A stretch of DNA of 64,000 bases from Octopus vulgaris (lineage: Eukaryota): positions 96,472,001 through 96,536,000 of the forward strand of contig OX597816.1 in assembly GCA_951406725.2 (NCBI GenBank), read 5' to 3'. The translations under genes and the position numbers were made by a program. Every line of letters begins with the position of its first letter. Position 1 is the first letter of the stretch. The notes under the pieces were generated by a model that saw only the letters and a program-made list of their open reading frames with translations, was not told the DNA's origin and made no database searches. This document shows, piece by piece, positions 43,900 through 54,319 of this stretch.

Positions 43900-44228
43900 C
43901 GCACAACAAAAAGTTTGTTCCACATATATCCTCAAAGGGTTTACAAAATGGACCATGCAAAGTTTTCCCTTCAATCTATCTAACTCTCTCCCTTTGAATA
44001 TCATTCTTGTCCTTTTTTTCCTATTCCTCATTTGAACACCTGTTCCTTGTTCACTGTCTTTAATAGTTTCTCTGTGCTGACCTGTAAATATTCTAGTAGG
44101 CCTTTTCTTTCCATAAGTACACACACTTCCACAGCAATTGAGCTTCTTCCACCCTAGTCTCTCTTCAAGCACGACCGATTCATATTAGCTTTTCTATGGT
44201 GGGCTCTATGCATTGTCAACAGCTTTCT
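43900..44228 (-). mobile_element. R4/Dong-type post-RT fragment (family D)
   Basis: RKLLTMHRAHH..LKRD*GGRSSIAVEVCV, homologous to RKLLTMHRMHHPKAD..GGRGL of family A. Confidence 0.6.
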
Positions 44229-44599
44229 AAATGAAAACTCTCAGCTTATTTTGCTGGGTATAATGGAAATTATCAACTGCCCCCAGCCAGCAGACTAAGG
44301 TGATACTTGTTTACTGATCACGCTTCAATAAACATGCAGAGTATTCTTGCAGTCCCAGGTGTTGATGATTTTTGTAGATGTTCTATCTTTTCATGTGTAC
44401 CAGTCTTTTTGAGCCACATTGGTAGATAGCAATTTCCAAGCGCGCCAATCACTATTGATGTCACGTCCACTCTCTTTATTGCCCACATCCTGCATATTTC
44501 CGACTTCAATTCATCATAGTTGTTCAGTTTGTATTTCGCTTTTACTTCGATCCTCTTGTCATCAGGATATGCTATGCCGATTACCAGGCATGTTTTATC

Positions 44600-44601
<2 letters not shown>
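44229..44601 (-). mobile_element. R4/Dong-type family E 3' fragment (others at 49438-49920 and 57990-58850)
   Basis: KTCLVIGIAYPDDKRI..YDELKSEICRMW..IVIGALG; 3'UTR (tttgctgggtat.atggaaa..cagactaagg) shared by all three copies. Confidence 0.78.
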
Positions 44602-44656
<55 letters not shown>

Positions 44657-44668
44657 ATTATTATTATT

Positions 44669-45181
44669 GTGTGAGAGAGCAGCATACGACATCAAAATGA
44701 CAATGGCGTACAAATATACGAAGCCCAATTTCGTATCATGGCTACATATCTGGTAAGGGTACATCAGGCGCATGCATCACAGCCATGTCTAAGCGGCATG
44801 GCAACCTTATATCAAGAAAAAACAGCACTTGAATTTGTAGATGGAGACCAGTTAAAATTTTCTTCACGTCAATTAGCCCATCTTGCTCAAAAGGTCCCGG
44901 AATACGGATTGTTTAAGTATGATGAACGAAGCACCCATGTTTCCAGTGTTGAATTAATCAAACCCTAAAGAATGCATTTGAACACATAGCTGTGGTGATT
45001 CTCCACCGTGACTCCAAGCGCAAATGGCTAAGGTCAAGCAACTGACAAGGAAATATATAGTATTCAGCAGAGTATTTGTTGTAGCACATCTTTTACACGA
45101 AGAAAAATATGTTCTTGATAACACTTCCAATTACTTAAGATCAGCAAACATGAGACCAACTGCCTGGTATTATATTACGGC

Positions 45182-45185
<4 letters not shown>
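44669..45185. mobile_element. ~510-bp non-coding repeat X, copy 1, flanked by (ATT)n; copies at 47241-47706 and 51611-52066
   Basis: Three homologous copies all end in ..ctgcctggta.tgcatcagggcattt; no ORF; orientation uncertain. Confidence 0.8.
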
Positions 45186-45215
<30 letters not shown>

Positions 45216-45216
<1 letters not shown>

Positions 45217-47147
45217 TATGTTTGACTTTTGCTTTATATTTGTACAAGTTGGCTCCAAGTCTCACCCAGAGACCTCAAGAGACAACAGGGTTGGAAGTTC
45301 ATGTTGTTGTTATGCCTAGTGTGCCATATATTTGGGGGGTGGGGTGTTGTACTAATGAATGTCTAAAAAAAAAAAAGGTTTTTAAAAAATTTTTTTTAAA
45401 CCGAAAATTATGTTTGTTTTAAACCTTGAGATTACATAGAAAGTATTTTGCGTAGGATATGAGCAGTTCCCATGAGCACTATCTTTTGAATTTCTGCCAT
45501 TTTGGGGTTTCCTGGTATCTGAGTTAGGTAGCTATCAGCCCCTTTTGCTATCATTCCCAGGGCACCTATGACAACAGGTATTGTTTTAGTCTTCAGCTTC
45601 CACATTTTGCTGATTTCTATTTCAAGATCTTTATATTTGCTCAGTTTTTGGTAGGTCTTGACAGATACGTTTATATCGATTGGGACAGTCATATCAATGA
45701 GGAGGCATGTTCTTTGTTTGAAGTCTTTCAATTTGATGTCTGGCCTATTTGCATCTATCTTTCAGTCAGTTTGAATGGTGAAGTTCCAGAGGAGTGAGAT
45801 GTGGTCATTTTCAAGCACTGGGGGTGGTTTGTGTTCCCACCAGTTTTTTTCATGGGGCAAATCCAGGTTTTTACAGATTACCCAGTGAATATATTGTGCA
45901 GCTCTATTGTGCCTGTTGAGATACTTTGTAGGCGCTAGAAGACTGCACTTGGAGACCACATGGTCAATGGTTTCATTTTGTTGCTTGCATACACGACACG
46001 TTGGACTGCTTCTGATCTTTAATATGTTGGCCTGGTAGTTTCTTGTTGGTAGGCATTGATCTTGAGCTGCTATGATAAACCCCTCTGTTTCAGATTTTAA
46101 GCCAGAGGCCATTAGCCATTGATGGGTCAGGGCTTTGTCAACATCTGCATTATTTGCTCTCTTTGGGTATTTGCCATAGAGAGGTTTTTCTTGCCATTTA
46201 TCATTCAGAATATCTAAGGCCGCAGATTTAGCACGGGTTTTCATGCGCTTAGCTTTTTCTGTGCCTGTTTCTTGTATATCTATCTCTAATTCCGAAATTT
46301 GTTGTATTCGGAATTCACTTAGATATTCCTTTGCCTGTTTTGTTACTGAGTATGATGCTTTCTTGTTTTCATGTTTTGAGACAAGTTTTAACATCCAGTC
46401 CTCAGAGTTTTTCAGGTAGGTGTCTAGGCCAATTGTAGCAATCTTCATTGTTATTGCCAGTTGTAAAAGTCCACGGCCTCCCTCTTTTCTTGGCAGATAA
46501 AGTCGTTCTGTATCTGCCTTAGGGTGGTGCATTCTATGCATTGTCAACAGTTTTCGTATTTTTCTGTCAAGATTACATATTTCAGTAATTGACCAGTTAA
46601 CGATACTGAAACTGTAAGTCACGACTGGTATGGCTAATGCATTGATCGCTTCGATCCTGTTTCTCGCATTCAGCTCTGTCTTGAGTATTGCTCTTACTCT
46701 GCGATAGCATTCTCTCCTGATCCTTTCCTTCATCTCCGAATGCCTTATTCCTTCTCCTTCAATTACCCCTAGATACTTGTAGTTCTCTGCTGGGTCTAAT
46801 TCTTTTATGACATTCTGCTGGTCAAGGTTAACGTTAGGTGTTTCTGTCATTTCCCCCTTTGATAAAGGTAGCTTTTGCGCATTTATCGAGGCCAAATTGC
46901 ATTCTGATGTCATCACTGAATTGTTAGACAATCGCTAGTAAGCCCTTGAGTTGTTGGACATTTTTTGCAAAGAGCTTTAAAAAATCCATGTAAATGAGAT
47001 GATTTATATTTTTATCAAACATTTTATATTCGTACTGCGCGTCATTGAGCAGTTTTGAGAGAGGTATTAAGGCTAAACAGAAGAGGAGCGGTGATAGTGA
47101 GTCACCCTGGAAAATGCCACATGAAATTTTTACATCACCAGCATTTA
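45216..47147 (-). mobile_element. R4/Dong-type family A copy 2 (5'-truncated)
   Basis: ORFs 45432-45731, 45762-46931 and 46924-47289; near-identical to copy 1 including 3'UTR; (TAA)n on both sides. Confidence 0.92.
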
Positions 47148-47159
47148 TTATTATTATTA

Positions 47160-47241
<82 letters not shown>

Positions 47242-47701
47242 ACTAGGCACATGCATCACAACGAAATGTGTGTGAGATGGTGATCTCATATCAAGATAAA
47301 CAGCACATGATCTTGCAGGTGGGGTCCAGTTAGAATTTTCTTCTGGTCGAGCATCCCATCCCGCTTAAATGATCCCTGAATAAGGGTTGTTTAAGGATGA
47401 TGAACAAAACACCCATGTTTCCAGAGAGGAATAATTCAAACCCCAAAGAATCCTTCTCAACACATGGCTATGATGCTCCCCTCACTACTTCTGCTCGTGA
47501 TCAGAGATGCACATATCGTCAGCCACTAAGGGACATGCTCAACTGGTTATGGTCAAACAACTAACAAGCAAGTGTGTGGTATTGAGCAGAATATTTGCTG
47601 TAGTTCATCTTTTATACCAAGACAAAACAATGTACATGATAACACTTCTGATGAGTTAAGATCAGAAGCCATGAGAGCCACTGCCTGGTATTGCATCAGG
47701 G

Positions 47702-47752
<51 letters not shown>

Positions 47753-47753
<1 letters not shown>

Positions 47754-48212
47754 TTTTTTTTCTTCTTTCAAATTTGCTTCCATTTCTTGCCGAGTGTCTT
47801 CCCGACTCCTAGGGCAAAGAAACTCATAGTATACATTGGTAGGCCATTAAACCAAACTCAGTAGTTCGTTCATTTTTTTTTTTTTTAAAGTTAAATTAAA
47901 ATACATGAGCAGCAACAGTTCTCACATCGACAATGCTCTTCTCAATACGTGTGATGTACCAGTTAAGACAATCTTTTGCACTTCTTGCAGGGATGGTAAG
48001 CCAGGGATCATTCTCATATAATTTTCGGTTCCCTTCTTGATCATTCCTAGTACTCCTACGATCACTGGTATTGTAACCGCCTTGAGATGCCACATTTTCT
48101 CAATTTCAATGAGTAGGTCTTTATATTTTCTGAGCTTGTCAAACTCTTTCGCTGAGATATTATGATCACAGGGGATGCTCATGTCGATCAATAAGCAAAC
48201 TTTATTGTTTGC
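47753..48212 (-). mobile_element. R4/Dong-type family F 3' fragment
   Basis: LIDMSIPCDHNISAKEFDKLRKYKDL..PVIVGVLG; (TAA)n on both sides. Confidence 0.85.
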
Positions 48213-48295
<83 letters not shown>

Positions 48296-49170
48296 GTCAT
48301 TTACTTTTAGTCTGCATGTTTGATGCAATCACTTGCCGGGGCACACTCAGCGCCCTAGGGCAAGTGAAGGTTAAGAGTTGTTGAAATATAGCTGAAAGCC
48401 TGGGGAGGGGAAGTAGCGAAATATCTCCATGTAATACAACACAAACATTTACATTGATAGGGTTTTTCTAAGGATGTGGGCAGTACTTGTTAGCACAATC
48501 TTTTGGATTTCCTTGAGACATGGTTCTCCAGGGATATTGCCTAGGTGTTTCTGACACCCTTTTTTATCATACCTAGGGCACCTACAATAACAGGAACAGT
48601 TTTTGTTTTAAGATTCCATATCTTTTGTATTTCCATTTCCAGGTCCTTATATTTACTAAGTTTGTCAAATTCCTTTAAAGATATCAGTGGGGACGCTTAC
48701 CTCTATTAGTCTGCAGGTATTTTCTTCCCTGTCTTTAACAATTATATCTGGTCGATTAACCTTGATCGTTCTGTCAGTGTTGACTGGAAAATCCCAGAGG
48801 ATGGTGACATTTTTACTTTCAACAACTGGCTGAGGATGATGTTCATACCAGTTAGCAGGAGTGCCGAATTTGTAGTGTTTACATATCTTCCAATGTATAT
48901 ACTGTCCTACCCTATCGTGGCGATTTTTGTATTCGTTTGGTGTCAGCACAGGACATCCCGAAACGAGGATTATTTCGTCAAATGTGTCGCAGAATCTGCA
49001 TTTAGGGTCAGTACCCTTTCGGAGAACGCTAGCCTGGCAATTTCTGGTAAACAAGCTTTGATCTTGTGCTGTCAGTATGAAGCCTTCAGTCTCTGCTTTC
49101 AATCCTGAACTCTTCAGCCACTGATGGGCTGCTTCTTGGTCTACATCAGCATTTTGGCTTCGGAGAATAT
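48296..49170 (-). mobile_element. R4/Dong-type family B copy 2
   Basis: KAETEGFILTAQDQ, CRFC, RHDRVGQYIHW, RPDII; (TAA)n on both sides. Confidence 0.87.
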
Positions 49171-49174
49171 ATTG

Positions 49175-49234
<60 letters not shown>

Positions 49235-49435
49235 GATCTGGAAGAATCGTTAGCACGTCATGTCCAATGCTTAGCAGCATTTCGTCCGTCTTCACGTCCT
49301 GAGTTCATACAGTACCGTGGTAGACTTTGTCTTTCATCTTTTCGGGGTCGATAAATTAAGTAGTAGCTGAATATTGGACTTCACCCTTCTCCTAAATTAT
49401 TGGCTTTGAGCTAAAATTTGAAACCATTATTATTA
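49235..49435 (+). mobile_element. tRNA-type SINE (12 kb family) with short (ATT) tail
   Basis: agaatcgttagcacg..tgcttagcagcatttcg..gagttca..tttcatcttttcggggtcgataaattaagta. Confidence 0.7.
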
Positions 49436-49437
49436 TT

Positions 49438-49920
49438 TCATAAAAACTCTCTGCTTATTTTGCTGGGTATGATGGAAAGTGTCAGCTGCCCACAGCCCTG
49501 CAGACTAAGGTGATACTTGTCTACTGTTCATGCTACAAGAGCCCAGCAGAAAACTGATGCAGTCTCAACAAATGATGATTTTTGTAGGTGTTCTATCTTT
49601 TGATTTGTACCAATCTTTTCGAGTCATGTTGGTAGTTGAGTACTGATTATTCCAAGCGCGCAAATCACTATTGGTATCACATCCACTCTCTTCATTGCCC
49701 ACAATCTGCGTATTTCCCCTTCAATTCATCATAGTTGCTCACATTTTAATTCGCTTCCTTTTCGATCCTGTTGTCACCGGGATATTCTATGCCGATTAAC
49801 AAGCAAGTTTTTCCTATTCATCACAACAAAGTTAAGTTTCCGATGCCTAATCTGATGGTCACGCTGAATTATTGCAGCCCACAGGATTATGCAATCCTCA
49901 TTCTCAATAAATCCTTTTGG
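49438..49920 (-). mobile_element. R4/Dong-type family E copy 2
   Basis: PKGFIENEDCIILW..DHQIRHRK; family E 3'UTR; 5' end abuts (TAA)n. Confidence 0.78.
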
Positions 49921-49934
49921 ATTATTATTATTAA

Positions 49935-50010
<76 letters not shown>

Positions 50011-50026
50011 CATCATCATCATTATT

Positions 50027-50239
50027 AAGGTGGTGAGTTGGCAGAATTGTTAGCACGCCGGGCAAAATGCTTCGCGGTGTTTCTTCTGTCGCTGAATTCT
50101 GAATTCAAATTCTGCCGAGGTCGACTTTGCTTTTCATCCTTTCGGGGTCGGTAAATTAAATACTAATGAGACACTGGGGTCGATGTATTCTAATATCCCC
50201 CTCCCAACAAACTTTAGGTCTTGTGTCTATAGTAGAAAG

Positions 50240-50240
<1 letters not shown>
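50027..50240 (+). mobile_element. Full-length tRNA-type SINE with long (ATT)n tail (50241-50306)
   Basis: aaggtggtgagttggcagaattgttagcacgccgg..gaattcaaattctgccgaggtcgactttgc..cctttcggggtcg..agtagaaagc. Confidence 0.8.
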
Positions 50241-50306
<66 letters not shown>

Positions 50307-50309
<3 letters not shown>

Positions 50310-50800
50310 TAGTTTTATTTTTATAGCGTGCTTTCACTTCACTACCGAGCGGATCTCTGTGCGCTTTGGGTATGTGCTGTGGTTTGCTGTGATGCTCTTG
50401 TGGTTACTGTATTGAAAGTGTTTTGCGTAGGATGTGTGAAGTGCCTAGTAGTGCAATTTTCTGTATGTTATATATATTTGTAAGTCCTGGTGTTTTTGTT
50501 ATGTAATTCTGAACATTTTTTTTCATACCTAATGCGCCTACTATGATAGGAATTGTTTCTGTTTTTAGATTCCATATACGAGTTACCTCTATTTCCAGGT
50601 CTTTGTATTTTGAAAGTTTCTCCATTTCTTTTAGAGACACGTTGTCATCTGCTGGTATTGATACATCAATTAGAAAGCATTTTTTTCTTCCTGATCTCTG
50701 ACAACTATATCTTCTAATGGGGATGGCTTTGGTTTTCACGAGTCCCTCTTTTGTTTGGAGCACTGTCTGCCATTTATTTATAGTGTGTCTTATATATTTT
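50307..50800 (-). mobile_element. R4/Dong-type family H, internally deleted (RT piece fused to RLE piece)
   Basis: KWQTVLQTKEGLVKTKAIPIRR joined to DIVVRDQ..CFLIDVSIPADDNV..KLSKYKDLEIE..PIIVGALG. Confidence 0.8.
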
Positions 50801-50827
50801 ATAATAATAATAATAATAATAATAATA

Positions 50828-50892
<65 letters not shown>

Positions 50893-50896
50893 CATT

Positions 50897-51610
50897 GCTA
50901 TATGTTTGACTTCTGCCTTGTATTTGTACTAGTTGACTCGAAGTCTCACCCAGAGACCTCAAGTTAGATGTTCAAGTTGGTGTTATGCCTAGGGTGTCAT
51001 ATATTTGGTTTTATATATAGTATTGTTCTAGAGAATGTTTAAGAAAACATGACAAAGTTATAAGTTTGTTTTAAACTATGGCATTACATATACAATTTAT
51101 TATGAAGGATATGGGAAGTTCCCATGAGTACTATCTTTTGAAAATCTGACATTTTTGGGTTTGATTTCAGGCCTAGGTAGGAATCAACCCCTTTTTCTAT
51201 CATTCCTAGGGCACCTATGACAACTGGTATTGTTTTAGTCTTGAGATTCAACATTTTGCCAATTTCTATTTCAAGCTCTTTATATTTGCTCAGTTTTTGG
51301 TAGGTTTTAACAGATACAGTTATGTCCATTGGGACAGTCATGTCAATGAGGAGGCATGATTTTTGTTTGAAGTCTTTCAATATAATGTCTGACCTATTCG
51401 CATCTATCTTTCTGTTAGTTTGAACGGTGAAGTTCCAGAGGAGAGGAGTGAGATGTGATCAATTTCAAGCACTGGAGGTGGTTTGTGTTACCACAAGTTT
51501 TTTTCATGGGGAAGGTCCAGGTTTTTTGCAAATTACCCAGTGAATATATTGTGCTGCTATATCATACCTGTTAAGATACTCTGAAGACGCAAGAAGACAG
51601 TATGATCAAT
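50897..51610 (-). mobile_element. R4/Dong-type family A, diverged subfamily 3' fragment
   Basis: KDFKQKSCLLIDMTVP..KLSKYKELEIE; A-type 3'UTR (gtctcacccagagacctcaag). Confidence 0.85.
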
Positions 51611-52066
51611 ATGCCATCAAAATGACACTGGGGTAAATTATACAATGCCCAGTTTACTCATCCTGACTACCCGTCTGATATTTGTACACAAGGCACATGC
51701 ATCACACCCATTTGCGCGATACAGTGATATCATATCAAGATAAATAGCGCATGACCTTGCAGGAAGGCGCAGTTAGAATTTTCGTCAGATCGAGTAGCCC
51801 AAACTAATCAAAAGATCCCTGAATAAAGCTATGATGCTCCCCCACTATTTCTGCTCGTGATCAGGGATGCACATATCGTCATCCACGAAGGGACATGCTC
51901 AACTGGTTATGGTAAAACAACTGACAAGCAAATCTGTGGTATTGAGCAGAATATTTGTGGTAGCCCATCTTTTATACCAAGACAAAACAATGTACATGAT
52001 AACACTTCGAATCAGTTAAGACCAGAAGTCATGAGAGCCACTGTCTGGTACTGCATCAGGGCATTT

Positions 52067-52097
<31 letters not shown>

Positions 52098-52324
52098 CCA
52101 TCACCCCCCCACCACCACCATCCTCCTCCTCCTCCTCATCATCATCATCATTATTATTATTGTTATTATTGTTGTTATTATTGTTATTATTGTTGTTGTT
52201 GTTGTTGTTGTTGTTATTATTATTATTATTATCATTATCATCATCATCCTCATTATTTTTTTCCTTCATTCTTCAAATGAGTGTTTTATTATTACTATTA
52301 TTATTATTGTTGTTATTGTTGTTG

Positions 52325-52370
<46 letters not shown>

Positions 52371-54224
52371 GTTTTTTCCTTCTTTCTTCAAATTTTGTTC
52401 CGTTTCTCGCCGAGTGTTTCCATACACCTAGGGCAGAAAAGAGCATTGTATGCATTCCCAGATTACACGCGCAAATTCACAGATTAAATATGTAACTAAA
52501 AATTAATAAATAAATAAATTCATGGATCGATGTTATTTTCACAGCGAGTGTTCTTCTCAGTACATGAGCCGTTCCACCTAATACGATTTTTTGCACTTCC
52601 TGTAAGGATGGTAAGCCTGGAGTCATTTTCAAATAGGGTTCAGTGCCATTTTTTTATCATTCCTAGAGATCCTACAATCACTGGTACTGTAGTCGCCTTG
52701 AGATACCACATTTTTTCAATTTCCATTAGCAGGTCTTTATATTTACTAATCTTGTCAAATTCTTTCGCCGCTATATTATGATCACATGGAATACTCATGT
52801 CAATTAATAAACACATCCTTTTTGTCTGATCTTTTATAATGATATCCGGTTTATTGGCTTTATAGTCCTGTCGGTCTGCACGGGGAAGTCCCATAGCATC
52901 GACACATTTTCTCCCTCAGTCACAGCTTCAGGATGATGTTTATACCATTTGTCAGCGGTTTTGATTTTATAATGCCGACATATTGTCCAGTGTAAATACT
53001 GGCCGACTCTGTCATGTCTTGCTTTATATTCTGCCGGTGCTAAGACTCTACACCCTGAGATTAGGTGGTCTATTGTTTCAATCTCATCGTTACAGAATCG
53101 ACATTTTGAGTCAGCTCCATTTTTCATCACATTGGCTTGATAGTTCCGGGTAAATAAACTTTGGTCTTGAGCAGCTAATATGAAACATTCACTCTCTGCT
53201 TTTAGCCCTGAACTTCGTAACCATTGGTGCGTGTGTTTCTGGTCGACATCAGCTTGTCGGGCCACATACTTGCCATGGAGAGGTTTCTGTTCCCATCTGC
53301 TAGCTAAATTTTCATGTGCTTTTGTCTTCGCAATTAATTTTATTTTCTTTGCAGCTGCAGTTGGCGCAATTCCTTCAGCCTGCTCAATCTGGCGGGTATC
53401 TAAGAGATCAGCAGCGAATTTTTTGCTCTCTTTGAGAATAGAGTGAAGTTTTTTAGGTCTTTCATGTTTTTCAACAAGTTTTAGCATCCAATCGTTGGTT
53501 GCTTCAAGGTATTTGGCCAATCCGATTGTGGTGGTTTTGTATGTAAGTTCAAGCTGGATCAAACCTCGACCTCTCTGAGCTCTGGGAAGGTAAAGGCGAT
53601 CCACGTCTGCCTTTGGATGGTGCATCTTATTACAAGTCAGTAGCTTGCGGATTTTCCTGTCAATTTTCATTATTTCAGTAGTATTCCAGTTAAGCACATT
53701 GAAGCTATAAAGAACAACTGGTACTGCTAAGGAATTTATGGCTAAAACCTTATTATATGCATTCAGCTCAGACTTCAGGACTGCTCGAACTCTTCTATAA
53801 CATTCTTTCCTAACCTTCTCTTTCATGCTTGCATGCTGGATACCAGAGCCTTCATTTATTCCTAGGTATTTATAGGTTTGTTCCTGCTCAAGTTCCTTTA
53901 TTACTATTTCGACATCTAATTCGATTGAACTAGACTTTACCAATTTCCCTTTCTTAAAAGTGGCTTTGGCACACTTTTCAAGGCCAAACTCCATCCCGAT
54001 ATCATCACTGAATCCTTTCACAGTATGTAATAATCCTTCAAGCATTTCATCATCTTTGCCATATAGCTTTAAGTCATCCATATAAAATAGATGGCTTATT
54101 TTCTTGTTGTCAATTTTGTAGCCATATCCTGTTCTATTCAGTTCACTTGAGAGTGGTATTAGTGCTATGCAGAATTATCCTGTTCTATTCAGTTCACTTG
54201 AGAGTGGTATTAGTGCTATGCAGA

Positions 54225-54226
<2 letters not shown>
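52371..54226 (-). mobile_element. R4/Dong-type family G (F-related), 5'-truncated
   Basis: ORF 52834-54081: YMDDLKL, KYLG, GRGL, CRFC..HLISGC, RHD; then KPDII..DMSIP in 52640-52894; (TAA)n on both sides. Confidence 0.92.

Positions 54227-54319
<93 letters not shown>

Noticed and set aside
39074-47147. A1 and A2 as a segmental duplication or assembly artefact
   Set aside because: They have different 5' truncation points, different disabling mutations and non-homologous flanks, which indicates independent insertions.
39009-54318. CRISPR-like reading of (ATT)n tracts separated by unique segments
   Set aside because: The spacers are 0.2-2 kb retrotransposon fragments, repeat lengths vary, there are no cas genes, and the context is eukaryotic.
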